A stretch of 64,000 nucleotides of DNA, from assembly GCF_009914755.1 (NCBI RefSeq), contig NC_060931.1; one strand, 5' to 3'. Below, piece after piece: positions 14,071-27,619 of this stretch. The translations under genes and the position numbers were made by a program. The number at the start of each line of letters is the position of its first letter. The first letter of the stretch is position 1. The notes beneath the pieces are model-generated. The model made no database searches. It was not told where the DNA came from and saw only the letters and a program-made list of their open reading frames with translations. This stretch comes from the human T2T-CHM13v2.0 reference genome, Homo sapiens.

Positions 14071-15349
14071 CATTGCTAGACTTATTGGTAAACTGGCTCC
14101 AATGGTCAAACAAGTATGATAGGCAACTTGTGAAACTATTTAGAATTTTCTACTCCTTGAGTCATTTCATCAAGCTCCTGGGAGTTGAACATATTCCCAA
14201 TAGTCTATATATCAACCAGTTGATAAGTGGCAACATAAATTCACTTTACCAGGATTCACTCAAAAGATGAAAAAAAAAGATTCTGACAATGTACATAGGC
14301 TTTGTTGCACAGTGACAAGTCTTTAGTCAGAACCAAAAAGCCCTGGTATAACTTTATATTTAATGTTGCTTGATATGCCTTTTTATTCCTAAGAGTGATC
14401 ATTCTTTCAGTCTTTTATTGTTGATGTTTATAATTCTGGGCAGAATTATGTACCCTACAATTGGTTTGAGATATCCAGTAATAAAGTGGTATACAGTATC
14501 CTGCTAAAAATAGATCTAAAATATTTTTTGCATGATTGAGAATTTTGATTCCATAATTTATGTAAATGACCAATGCAATAATTATAAAAATATGCAGTGT
14601 ATGACATAATCCCTTGGGCCCACATTACTAATGATTTATGAACTCTTCTCATAATACTGGATGTTTCCTCAGTGACCCCCTCAACACAGCACTCTAGAAG
14701 ACACCACCAATTAATTGCCATTTAACCTAACTTACTCTCTCTGTTCTAAGGTTTGGGATCATTTTAAGAAGTAGGTCAAAGGAGTAGATATCAGTCCTTA
14801 GAATAAACACAGACTTTACCAGGATTCTGAAAAATATTTTCTGTTTTACTGTGATTCCTGATATGCTGTGGCATAAAAGTGATAATAATAGTGATTATTA
14901 ATATAATAATTTCTGCCTAATTTTACAAAGGTGTTTATGTCAATGATAATGTTGACATAAATAAGTCATAATTGCTGAAAATAGTAATAATTGATTTATT
15001 GAGTAATAAATATTAGTTATAAAAGATGAACTAAATTCTGCTTTAGCTAGGAAGAAAAAAACTAGTGTATCCAACATAAACAAACATAATATTGCACAAA
15101 ATGTGTGATAAAATTAGTTTTCCAAAAATGGACAATAGGCAGTGTGAGACTGTGATCCCTGAAAGAATAGACACTAATGATAATGAGGTGATCCCCACAA
15201 TCAAAATTCCATGACTGGAGACAATTTGTAGATTGTGACACAGAGAAATGGAATCCAAGCAGAACATAATTATCCCACTGAGCTGAGAATGCAGAAATCA
15301 TATAGGCCACACTTGCTTTAACAAGACCTAAAACTAAACTCTGACAAAA

Positions 15350-18298
15350 TTCAGAAGGACTTGAATCCAATAAAGGTAAAGGAGCTTGGAAAACAGGTAA
15401 AGAAACAAAATTACACAAGTTCAAACTGATAATCCAGTATGTAAACTGCCTGCTATACTCAGAATTAAAATGATTTACAAGAAAATAAGAAAACACAGTG
15501 CCTCTACAATGTATTATCCAAAATGTCAAACGTTCCATCAAAAATTAATAGACTTATGAAGAAGCATAAAACTATGATTTGTAATTAAGAAAATTTAAAA
15601 TAGGAAATAGACCTTGATCCTAAGATGAACCAGATGAGAGAAGACTGACTTAAGTGTATACTATATGCATATTTCAATAATTATATAAAATATGGTAAAA
15701 TAAACAAAAATAAATTATTCATGAGTGAAAAGGTAGAGAATTTCTGCAAAGTAATGAAAATTATGCAAAAAGAATAGATAGAAAATTATAGAACTGAAAG
15801 GTAGTATATTAGTAATAAAATTCATGGAATGAGGTTAATAATAGACTGAAATGGCAAAAGAAAATCAAAGAACTAGGAGACATATCAATTATCAAACTGA
15901 AGAAAAGAAAGGAGAAAAATGCAAATTAACAGTGCTTCAGTAACTTATGAGACAATATCAAATTGTCTGTCCTACATGTTATTGGAGTGCCATATTAAAA
16001 CAAAGTTAGAAAATTGTTTCAAAACATAGTGGCCCAACACCTCCAAAATTTGGTGAATATTACTGATTTACTTGTCCAAGCAAGATAAATACATAGAAAT
16101 AATCAAACTTAGGCACATTGGAGTCATACAACTGGACACCAAATATGAATAAACAAATTTTAAGCAGTCATGGATAAAGGAAGCCAGAGTTGACTTTCCA
16201 TGATAAGACAATGTAATAAAATCTTGAACAGCTGAAATAAAAAAGAAAATCTATAATCTCAATATTATGTATCAGGGGTAAACGTCTTTTAAAAGTGACA
16301 GTCTAAACAAATATTCAAATAACATAAACTGAGATTATTCATTGCAAACTCAAGTAGTACACCAAAATTAATCTGAATGGGTCCCCTTGAGGTTGAAGAC
16401 AACTGAAACCAGATGGAAAATCACTTCTACAGGAAAGAATGAAGAACATCAAAAATAATAAATAAATAAGTAATTACAATAAAATACACGTTTTTAGCCT
16501 TATAATTTTCTTAAAACAAAATCAACTACTTAAAGCAAAAATAATTATTCAGTAAGAATGGTATTCAAGATATATATGAAACTTAAAAATATATGACAGT
16601 CACACAAAGGATGTGGAGCCTGAAAATAGAATGAGAGAATATAATATACTAATATATTATATCGGTAACCTGGGAAGTGAGAAGCAGGAAATGGAAACTA
16701 GAAGTGGGAAATATTATTAATTTGAGGAGAGAGAAGAGTGAAATGTCAGGTGCAAAGTGTGAAGTTTGAAAAGCTGGTCACAAACAGACTCTGAGAAGAT
16801 AAGCAGACATATTATAAGCCCTAAAGCAACTAAAAATGATATAAAATGTGGTGGCAGCTAAGGAGGTTATAGAGGAAACAAAATGGAACTCTAGAAACTT
16901 TTGATAAGCCCCCAAAAAGGCAGAAAAGAAAGAACAAAGAAACAAAATAGAATGGAAAATTGAAAACTATTAGCAAGATGGTAGAGTTAAATCTAGCAAA
17001 TCAAAAAAATAACTCTAAAATTAAATAAATATTTATTTAGCAAACACAACATAAACTATATGTTGTGTTTACAATATGAATGTTAAATAAAAATACACAC
17101 ACATGTTGAAAATAATTGAATAGAAAAAGAAATTCCTAGCAACTTGCAAGCATAAAAAAACCTGGTGTTCCTATTTTAATATTAGAGACTGTATTAGTGC
17201 TTTCTTACACTGCTATAAAGAACTGCCTGAAACCGGCTAATTTTTAAAGAAAAGAGGTTTAATTGACTCATAGTTCTGCATGGCTGGGAGGCCTACGGAA
17301 ACTTACAATCATGGTGGAAGGGAAAGCAGCCACGTCTTACGTGGTGGCAGGTGAGAGAGAGCATGTGAAAGAGCAGCTGTCAAAAACATAAAACCGTCAG
17401 ATTTCTTGAGAACTCACTGACTATCAGGAGAACAGCAGGGGGAACGGCCCCCATGATACAATCACCTACCAGGTCCCACCTTCCACATGTAGGGATTATG
17501 GGATTACAATTCCAAATGAGATTTCGTGGGGAACACACAGCCAAAGCCTATCAGAGACATAGTAAATTTCAAAGCAAACTGTATCATAAGAGATAAAGAT
17601 GAACATTATATAATAATAGAAAGATCAATTTAATAGGAAGATATGACATCTATTAAAACAACGCCAAAGTTCAGAAAACATAAATTGACAGAACTAATAA
17701 AAATTTATAATAATATTGAAAATTTTACCTGTCCTTCCTCAATAACTAATTGATCAACAGATGAAAAAATTAGTAACTATATAGAAAATGTAAAACAAAT
17801 TTAGACAAATTGCAGCTGCTCCTGGATAGATTAGGTTATGTCTGGATAAACCTATCATAAGTTGAAAATATTTTAATTATTAACTTCAGTAGTCAATTGT
17901 AGTAACAATTAAAAGCAGAATCAATATCAATCCTACACAATTTTTAAAATACAGAAAAAAGGAATATAACCTGACTTAATTTTACAAAGCTAGCATAAAT
18001 GTGTTATTAATGTCCTGAAAGATATTATAAGAAAAATAATTCTGAAGGATGTAGTTCAAAAAGCCTCAATGAAAATTCCAGATAAAACCCTAAATTCTAT
18101 AAATATGTAATACATCTTCATCAAGTCAGGTTTATCTTAGGATGGTAAGTTTATTTCACGTCAGGAAATTATTTATATTTTTTACCCACTTAATAAGAAA
18201 AATTATAAGATAGATACAGTTGATGTATACACTAAGCCTTTGATAAAATTCAACACACCCATTCAAGTTTGAAAATCTCAGAAAATTGGATTTAGAAG
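15350..18298 (+). mobile_element. old L1M (ORF1 and 5' ORF2 remnants), interrupted by THE1
   Basis: A-rich sense L1 motifs: ORF1-like 'tcagtaacttatgagacaatatcaa...ttggagtgcc', EN-domain-like 'gataaagatgaacattatataataata', and 'tttgataaaattcaacacacc'. Boundaries approximate. Confidence 0.6.
17190..17553 (-). mobile_element. THE1 (THE1C/D-like) MaLR solo LTR
   Basis: Runs 'tgtattagtgc...ctgctataaagaactgcctga' ... 'cacagccaaagcctatca'. Perfect 5-bp TSD gagac (17185-17189 and 17554-17558). Confidence 0.9.
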
Positions 18299-18299
18299 G

Positions 18300-18905
18300 T
18301 GTGGCAGTCATGCTGTAAAATGATCCCCAATGATTCCTGTATCCTAGTATTGTGAAACTCTCTCCTCTTTAGTATGGTAAAACCTGTGACTTGCTTTTAA
18401 CCAAGAGAATATAGTAGTGATGACTAAAGATCACTCCCATGATTCTGTGACCTTGAGACAGTCTTTGTTTCACTGGCTGACTTACCAGAAATTCATTGCT
18501 GGTTAGAAAAAAAAGAGGCCATAATGAGAAAGTGTGGCCTTCAGTTGAAGACCCGTGAGCAGAGGATTCAGCTATGCTGAGTACTGACATTAGACTCTGA
18601 ATCAGTGAAATAGTAACTGTGTAGTGTTTTCAACCACTACAGTTTCAGTAATTTATCAGGCAGCAACAGAAAACTATTTTGATACCAAAAAGTGAGATTG
18701 CTACCTTAATACTTAAAATATAGATGTGGCTTTGGAACCATGCAGAAGATGGTGGCAGATAAAAAGTCCAGGAGCATGATTAAGAATGTCTGAACTGCCT
18801 TGAACAGATGGTTTGTAGAAATCTGGACTTGAGGATGCTGCTGATAGAGTTCAAAGGAAGTGAGAAAATTGTTACTGGGAAGTGGAAGGAGAGAAAAGCA
18901 CGTGT
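18300..18905 (+). mobile_element. MLT1 (F/G-like) LTR plus start of MLT1 internal region
   Basis: The LTR runs 'tgtggcagtcatgctgtaaaatgatccccaatgattcc'...'gcagcaacagaaaacta' (to ~18678). It is followed by MaLR-int 'ttttgatacc...gtggctttggaac...gccttgaacagatgg'. Confidence 0.7.
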
Positions 18906-19639
18906 AGAATATATTTTTGTTTCTGATGGATTTCATTTGTTGTAAAGCAACCTTGTATTCTTATTATTATCTTTACAGCATCATGGTATATCAAACTTGG
19001 TTTAATTTTATTATGCTGTATTTTGCTTATGGTTTTTGCATCAATATTTTACAAGGAACATTGATTTCATTATTTTTGTTATAACATCTTGATTGAATTT
19101 TTTTTTCATATTGAGACCCTCTAACAGAATAAAATGTTAGCTGTTCTTTTTTTTCTGTTATTGGAAAAATGTGGGTAGAATTTGATGACCTGTTTCTTGA
19201 AAGATAATATTTGAAGGCAGTGATTATGTTTTTCTCATCTTTGATACTCCTAGCTTTTAGCATAAGACTTAACAAATAGGTAGTCAATAAATAGCTAATA
19301 AACCAACTTGATACAAAACTCCATTGTTCAATGTGTGGAAATTATAATATCTCATTTTGACTAATGTGCATCATATTAGAAATGCAAATAACTGCATCTG
19401 CATCCAATATACTTAATTTTAGAAAAGAGAGTGGTGATAAAATACGGGCACATTCATTAAATAACATAAATTACATAAACCGTTTGAAATTTTAGTAAAA
19501 TATTAATATATACAGAATATCAGAGTTTTCATAAAATCTGACATGCACAAAAAAGGTTTTACGAAAAAAACAGAAATACAGCTTAAGTGAACAAAGACTT
19601 GAAACATTCATGGTCAGTACGAATTAATGTAAAGATGAA

Positions 19640-19840
19640 AGAATTTGACATAAGGAAACATGGGTTTAAGCCTCAGCTGTATTTTTTTTTAAAACAATGT
19701 GATTTGAGGTAAGACTGAAGTTCTCTGAATTTCCAATATTGTTTAGCAGAAAAGGGCATAATTATTTACATCACAAAGATTAAATTAGGTTGTATATTTT
19801 AAGCACCTGTGAACTATAACACAATATACAAATATAGAGT
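19640..19840 (+). mobile_element. MIR fragment
   Basis: 'catgggtttaagcctcagct...tgtgatttgaggtaagactgaagttctctgaattt...aagcacctgtgaactataa'. Confidence 0.5.
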
Positions 19841-20094
19841 GTGATTAGAGGTGATTAGGTGTAAAATAAAACATGATAGGTGAAAAAAAGACTGATGAGA
19901 AAATTACATGAGATAGTAAAATCATTGAAAAAACACATTTTTCATGTACAAAGAAGGAATTAAATAATTATTGAAGCTAAATTTTCAAATACACTGCTCA
20001 TAAATGAAAAAAGAGAGACAAGCTAAATTTTTTTTAAACTAGGAAAAAAGTATTTCAAGAAATTCCACAATGAAACTGGGGAGATGTTTCTCTA

Positions 20095-20701
20095 AATGGG
20101 CAGCCTGAAAGTAAATTATTTATGAGGTCAACCAAACATATCTTCTGGAACCTGTGAATGTTATGCTGCATGGCAAAAGGGAATTTGCAGACACAGGTGT
20201 ATTTGTGGGGAGAGTACTCTGGTTTATCCAAGTGAAACACATGAGCTAATGCCATGAGCCCTTAAAAGCAGAGAACTTCCTCCAGCTGAAAGCAGGAGAC
20301 ATAGCAGCAGATGTCACAAAGTTCCAAACAAACATGAGAAGGATTTGATGCATGATTGCTGCTCTGAAATACAGGGACCCAGGCTCATTGACCAAAAATA
20401 GGCCTCAAGAAACTAAACACAGTCCTCAGATGATAGCCAGCAAGGGAAGGAGAATCTCAGTACTACAAGCTCAAAGAAGTAGCCTCTACCAACAGTGTGA
20501 ATGAGTTTGAAAAATGGTTCTTCCCGGATCCTCCTGACAATGGCCAAGCTGAACAACAGTATAATTTTGGCCTAGTGAAATCCAGAATAAAGAAACAACT
20601 TGATCCAACCTGGAGCCTACCAAACTGTGAGATATTAAATTTATTATTTTAAATGGCTAAGCTTGTATAAATTTATTATGGCAGCAATAGAAACTAATAC
20701 A
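20095..20701 (+). mobile_element. MLT1E-like MaLR solo LTR
   Basis: 'ggaacctgtgaatgttatgctgcatggcaaaagggaatttgcaga', 'gagcccttaaaagcagagaac', and the terminus 'gcagcaatagaaactaataca'. Confidence 0.78.
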
Positions 20702-21091
20702 ATCTGTGAGAACAGAATATGAACAGAATTAACTACAAGGACAGTGAGCAGATTGATTAAAAATGTGTTTCTGGGTCTTACAAATGATTCAAGAAACTCA
20801 AAAGAAACTCAAAATATTAATGACATTTATCTTTATGAATAAAATTGGTATACCTAACAAGTATTAGAAATATTAAGAAACCATATCGTACTGATTGTTT
20901 TTGGCTTTACAGAATACCTATCAGAAAAAATTAAGCATAAAATTTACTTAACCTTTTAAGAAAGCCTTTGAAAAGGTCATTGAGCATTATCCATTACAGT
21001 TTAACCACTATACTTACACAGTTTTTTCATAATGCCCACCTAAAGTTTAAACTCTACACAAAAATGTAGACCATATCAATCAATGAAAGAA

Positions 21092-21116
21092 ACAACAACA
21101 ACAACAACAACAACAA
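21092..21116 (+). repeat. (CAA)n microsatellite
   Basis: acaacaacaacaacaacaacaacaa. Confidence 0.9.
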
Positions 21117-21388
21117 AACCCACACATGGCACACACCTACAAGAATAGCATGAAGTTAAATTTAAAACTCTGCAGTGAAGTAAATATCCAAAACCATAGA
21201 TGAGCTCCAGCTCAGTAACAACATTGAGAGGGGATTGTGGGGAAACACAAGAGATGGTAATGGCAGCCAAGTGGTGACAAGTACTGATGAGAACTACTCC
21301 TGTAAAATAAAGTTCTATCCTGAATAGGAGAAAAAAAACAAACTTCTGAATCCTGCATTAGCATGAATAAGAGCATTAGTTTTAAGGA

Positions 21389-21926
21389 ATATATATATAT
21401 TTTAATATATATAATATATATTTTAATATATATATTATATATATATTAAAATATATAATATATATTTTAATATATATATAATATATATATTAAAATATAT
21501 ATTATATATATTTTAATATATATAATATATATTTTAATATATATATTATATATATTTTAATATATATAATATATATTATATATATTATATATAATATATG
21601 ATATATTATATATAATATATCATATATCATATATTATATATTATATAATATATCATATATATTATATTATATATTATATAATATATATTATATTATATAT
21701 TATATATTATATAATATATATTATATATTATATTATTATATTATTATATATTATATATAATAATATATATAATATATAATATATTATATATAACATATAT
21801 TGTATATAACATTTATAATATATATATTATATATAAAATATTATATTATATATATAATATATTTTAATATATTTTTAAATATATCTTAATATATATAATA
21901 TATTTTAATATATATTATATATATAT
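21389..21926. repeat. ~540-bp degenerate (TA)n / AT-only tract with internal inverted repeats
   Basis: Almost exclusively A/T. Units such as tatatattttaatatatat alternate with their reverse complements (atatatattaaaatatata). Confidence 0.95.
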
Positions 21927-22399
21927 TTTTTAAGGGAAGAAGTGAAGTCAAAAGAAGACTATGCCTCTAGGAGTGAGAGACACTTGTTTGAAGAGAGAGG
22001 CAACACTTGGTGTCTCAGTGATGAAGAGGAAAACAAAGTAAAGGAGGTCATTTAAAAGTTCTACATAAGTGAAAAATTAGAAAACACAATATTCCCTCTC
22101 TCATAAAAATATGTAGTTCATTAAAGAAACAGGGCTACTTGTACCAAAAGAAAACCATAAAATTGATTTAAGAAACTTAAAAAGCTGCCCAAATTTCTTA
22201 ATATTTCTTCCATATAAATACTTATTACTGTTTTTCAGAAAAATATTAGACATTTCAAAATAATAAAAACAGTAAGAATAGGCAATACTATAAAATGCTA
22301 CTTGAGGAAGAAAATAGTTGATAATCAAAACATTACAGGTGATAAAAAAAGTTTCCCTCTAACTCTCAATAAAGTAGAGAAAAATATAAAACATCAACA

Positions 22400-23960
22400 T
22401 AATTAAATATCCTTAAATAAGCACTGGATGACATTAAGACACATCACAAAATGAAAATTTTACTCATTGCATAAGTGAATAATAAACAGGAAGACAATTA
22501 AGAAGAAAAGGTTCAGTGAACCAAGTAAAGAAAATTTAAAAAATAAAGTAAGGAATCACCTTGGTAGTCAAGATTAAATTACAAGATAAGCAAAGGAGAT
22601 TCATTTCAGCTCAAATAATTAGGAACACTTAGAAGAAAAATAAAATAACAGCAAAAGAAATCAAAATAAAGTTAGAAGCAAAATGGAGAAGAGAAAACAT
22701 AACAGGGAAAAAGCTTAGTTATATACAAAATAGACAAATATCCAAAATATAAAAAATTAAATTATATAAACAAGAAATACAAAACAGTAAAACAGATTAA
22801 TTATTTAAAGTCTACTCTGAGAAAGATGTCACAAAATAAAGGAAAGGACAATTGTTTACCTTGGAAAAATACATAGAATAGTTAACTTTAAAATGTATCA
22901 TAGCAATACCATATGAATTTAAATGTACAAGGAATATACCCATTCGTAATTTGGATTAATACACATTAATAAAGAGCACAAGAAGTGGTAAATATAGATG
23001 AATACATGTACAGTACTTTTTTTCTATTTAAAGCAATAATAAAAAATCTATTTTAAGATATTTAGGCAGAAGTAAAACTATAACAACAATAGCACAAGGG
23101 ATGAGAAGGGGAAATAATTTTATAATATTGTAAGGTTTTTAATATTATGTGAAAAATCATATCATATTATTCAAATGGCTAATGATTCACAATATAAACT
23201 GTAGAGCAACTTCTAGAAAAAAGTAAGCAAACAACAAGAACAAAAATAAAAGCCTGATCTAGTAAAACAATTCTAGAGGTGAAAAGGAAAAACATTGAAA
23301 TCCAAAAGAGAAAATAAAAAGTAAAAAGAAATAGCCTTTAAGAAAAACAGAGAACAAGTAGCCAGACAGTAGACTTAAACTCTACTATATCAATAATCTA
23401 ACTTAATTTAAAGGGCCAAAACACTCCAATTAGAAGGTAGAAATTAGGCTGGGTGCGGTGGCTCACTCCTGTAATCCCAGCACTTTGAGAGGCCAAGGCA
23501 GGCGGATCATGAGGTCGGGAGATCGAGACCATCTTGGCCAACATGGTGAAACCTTGTCTCTACTAAAAATACAAAAACATTAGCTGGGCATGGTGGTGCA
23601 TGCCTGTAGTCCCAGCTACTCAGGTGGCTGAGGCAGGAGAATCGCTTGAACCTGGGAGCAGAGGTTGCAGTGAGCCAAGATCACGCCAGTGCACTCCAGC
23701 CTGGGCAAAAGAGCGAGACTCCGTCCCAAAAAAAAAAAAAAGAAAAGAAAAAGAAAAAAAAAAAAGGAAACACCCAGCATTATTCCATCTACAAGAAGCA
23801 CACTTTAAAGACATAGGTAGGTAAGAAGTAAAAGGATGGAAAAGGGAATACCATGAAAACATGAATCCAGAAAAAGCTAGAGTGGCTATATTAAAATCAT
23901 GCACAGTACATTTCAAAGTAAGGAATATTAGCATAGGGAAAGGGGAATATTTCATATGAA
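22400..23960 (+). mobile_element. old L1M fragments (ORF1 to ORF2 start)
   Basis: ORF2 EN-start motifs 'gtagacttaaactctactatatcaataat...acactccaattag' and 'ctacaagaagcacactttaaag...gtaaaaggatggaaaagg...aaagctagagtggctatatta'. Confidence 0.55.
23447..23765 (+). mobile_element. AluS (AluSc-like)
   Basis: Full Alu with 'gatcatgaggtcgggagatcgagaccatc' and an A-rich tail. Confidence 0.92.
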
Positions 23961-23999
23961 ATCAAGGATACTTGTTAGAAATTTAGTGTAATTATGCAG

Positions 24000-24255
24000 G
24001 CAAAAAATTCCGGAAGTGGTGGTAGTGCGGAGAAGTAATTAGATACTGAATATATACTTGATAGTGTTTCCTAATGTGTTGAACCCGTGATCTGAGAAAA
24101 TGAAAAGACTCAAAATGATTCCAAGGTTTTGACTTGAAACTATATAGTATTATATTTGCCATTTAGTGATTTAGAGAAAACTACATGAGAACTGGGGGAA
24201 GAGAATAAAAAGTCTAGATTTAAATAGATTAGATACTATAATAGAGATATCAATG
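24000..24255 (-). mobile_element. L2 fragment
   Basis: 'gactcaaaatgattccaaggttttgacttga' is a characteristic antisense L2 motif. Confidence 0.55.
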
Positions 24256-24797
24256 AGTCCACCAAATAGTCTGGAATACTGGGGAAGTTCTCCTGAAAAA
24301 AAAAAAAAAAAGCATTCATTGGATAAAAGACATAAATGCATTAAAAACAAGGAATGTAGAATTAGAGTCTCCATATAAATCGAGTATGATTTCCAGAAGG
24401 AAAGAAAACAATAAATAGGACAAATGTGATATACAAAGTAGAGACAATAATGGGAAATTTTTCAGAATCAGTCATTGGTGGAGCATGACACGAGTGATTA
24501 AGTAGGGTAGTGGTCACTAAATCCAACAAAAATAAATACCTCCACTTCATGATCTTCATCATTATCATCATAATCATTGTTATCATCTTAAGTACCATCC
24601 ACAAATATCACAAAGCTCTAGAATACTATTGTTATTGTACTGGAAATGTAAAACTCTAAGGTAATTAAAACATAAATCAAATGTAAATAATATATTTTCA
24701 GATACAAAAACTAGAAGGGATTACCTAAAAAATCTCTGCAAGACTTCTTAAATAATGAAGTTCATGGTGAAGGAAAAAGAAAACTAAAAGAAATGGA

Positions 24798-25117
<320 letters not shown>

Positions 25118-25224
25118 AATGGAAAGCAAGAAGGTATGGTTCCCCAGAAAAATCACTGGAACATACCAATAAATTACAATAAGTAGTTCTAAGTAATGCA
25201 TTATTTTTTAAATAATGTAGTTTA

Positions 25225-25975
25225 AAATTGCGCTTTATTAGTCATTAAGAAAAAGCAACACTGCATTAAAACCGAAGTGTGATATCATTATACATTCACC
25301 AGAATAGTTACAGTAAAAATGAAAGGCAATTTAAAATTTTGCTAGAATATAGAGCAACTTGAACTCTCATACAACAGTGGTAAAAATGTAAATTGGTACA
25401 ACTACTTTGGAAAATTGTTAGGTAGTATATACAAAGGTAGAAAGTTTGTTTAACATATATCCCAATAATTATACTCCTAAATATAAAACACAAAAATGTG
25501 CTGCAAAATGTACAAAATGATTGATAACACCACTATTTTAACAGCTCCAAATGGAAACAATTCAAATGTCCAACTCTAGTTGAATTATTGAAATAGTGTG
25601 AGGTATTTATGTAGTGGAACACTAAGCAACAGTGAAAATGAATGAATTAAAACTACACCTAACACCATGAGTAAATCTCAGGAACGTAAGTTAGAATGAA
25701 AGAAGTCAGGCATTAACAACTATCTGCTATGTATTTATACTCACATAACATTCCACAAAATGCAAAATTTATATACTATGTTCAAATTCAGGGCAGTGTT
25801 TACTTTAGGAACAGAAGTTGTTACTGAAAAGATGCATGAGGGACATTTGGGCACTGATAATGTTCTGTCTCTTGATCATTGGTGTATTCATTTTGCTAAG
25901 ATTTATTTAGGCATCTAATTTATGTACTTCTCTGTATGAATGTAATACTTTAGTAAGAAATTTATAAAATAAAAA
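25225..25975 (+). mobile_element. L1ME/L1MC-type 3' end
   Basis: 'aaatgtaaattggtacaactactttggaaaat', 'atggaaacaattcaaatgtcca', 'gataatgttctgtctcttgat', 'tgtacttctctgtatgaatgtaatacttt' followed by an A-rich end. Confidence 0.7.
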
Positions 25976-27619
25976 CTGTGGATGTTGGGAAGACTGGCAC
26001 ACACCAAGAAGATCTTTGGAGGGAAGACATTGAGAGTGGATGGAAAGAAGACACAGATGCTGGGCCTAGGAGTAGGGAGGAAGCAGGGAACCCTGCATGG
26101 GCTACTGTGCACGAGGACTCATTCCTAGACCCCAACAAGTCCTGGAGAAGGGGTGAGTTGAGCAGGCAAAGAGCAACCCACTGTCACCTTGGACCTCTGG
26201 AATCTTGGCACCATGACCCCAAAGGATATTGAATTGTCAGGGAGAGCTGCTTAGAGAGGGAGTAGGGTCAGAAATCAGCCACTGTGGAGCAGGGGGTTTG
26301 GTGCAGGAGCATCTGTAGAGGAGCATGGACAGGGATGCCCATCCCACAAGGCTCATTTTGATCCCCTAAAAGATTTTAGTGTTACTGGAACTATCAGACC
26401 TGAACAGTGTAGGGCAATCTCACCCATGAGATGGGGCTGGTCCAACCTGAGAGCACGTTTGTCTTCTGGCCTCTCCAAGGGCCCCAGTCTGTCTGCACCT
26501 GCTTGCAATGCAGGTTCGGATGTCCAGCTGTGCTGCCTCCTGTGGGCAACCACCGTAACTCCTGTGTGATGGAAGTGCCTGACCATTGGAGAGCTCCAGC
26601 AGAGCAGTCCCCTCCAACATGCACCAGGCTCTTTGCACCCACCACAGCATCCCCCATGCCACTTTGCCAGCATGCACTCGCCAAAGCAAAACCCCATATT
26701 ACCTTACCTGTGTGTCTGTGCATGGGCTGACCTCACCTCCCTTTCCCCACCAGTGCATATGTACACCTGCACCCCACCATGCCACTGCTGTCAGTGTGAG
26801 TGTACCCCACCTGCTCTCACCACACCACCACTGACAAAGAAAAGGTCCACAAGGAGACCAGCATCCCTACCCGGCACCCAGCATCCGTGGATGCTGGCAT
26901 GTTCTCGTGCATGAAGACTTCCATCCTCCACACCTGCCAGTATGCCCCCACCACCCCTCTGGCACTGACACTACCACTGGCATGAATCTATGCACAGAAA
27001 CCAGTGGCCACACTCCTTACCTTGCATGGCCACTGCTGCCCCTGTGAATGTGAGCACAGAAGGTGCTAGCCCCATGCCCACCAGGACCTCTCTCCCATGC
27101 AGACAACACCGCCGGTGCGAATGTACACATAAAGTTGCTTGTGGGCCCTCCTGTGTCCCCACACCATGCTGCCACCATGACTGCAGTGACACCCACAAAG
27201 AGGCTGGCACCCCTGTCCCTGCCAGTGCCCTGCCACAACTAAGGATGGCGCACCCTGCCACACTGCCATTACTGATGGCAAAAGCAAACAGTCATGGACC
27301 CTGCTGCTACCACAAAACAAAGCACCTTCCTTGGCACCACCCATCAGAGTGTTGTGACCAGCAGTCCAGGAACATTTCCAGTACAGCAGGTTCCTAAACT
27401 TGAGGTGGCAGAGAACAAATCTGGGAACCCAATATCAGGCCCCCATAGTTAGAGAACACAGCCCAAGAGTCCTGAGTTGATCCTTGGCCCCCTAAAATCT
27501 TACAGAAATAAAGTTGGTTGACTGAACTCACCATATACTCTAATTGAACCCCTAAGGACATCAAAGAGGGGGGAAAAAAAAGAAAACCAATCCAAAGGAC
27601 AGCAACTTTGGATTGAAGG

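Noticed and set aside
15062-15541. 159-aa minus-strand ORF (also 58345-58824 and 58551-59024)
   Set aside because: They overlap decayed L1-derived sequence and have no recognisable domain or exon structure, consistent with chance ORFs.
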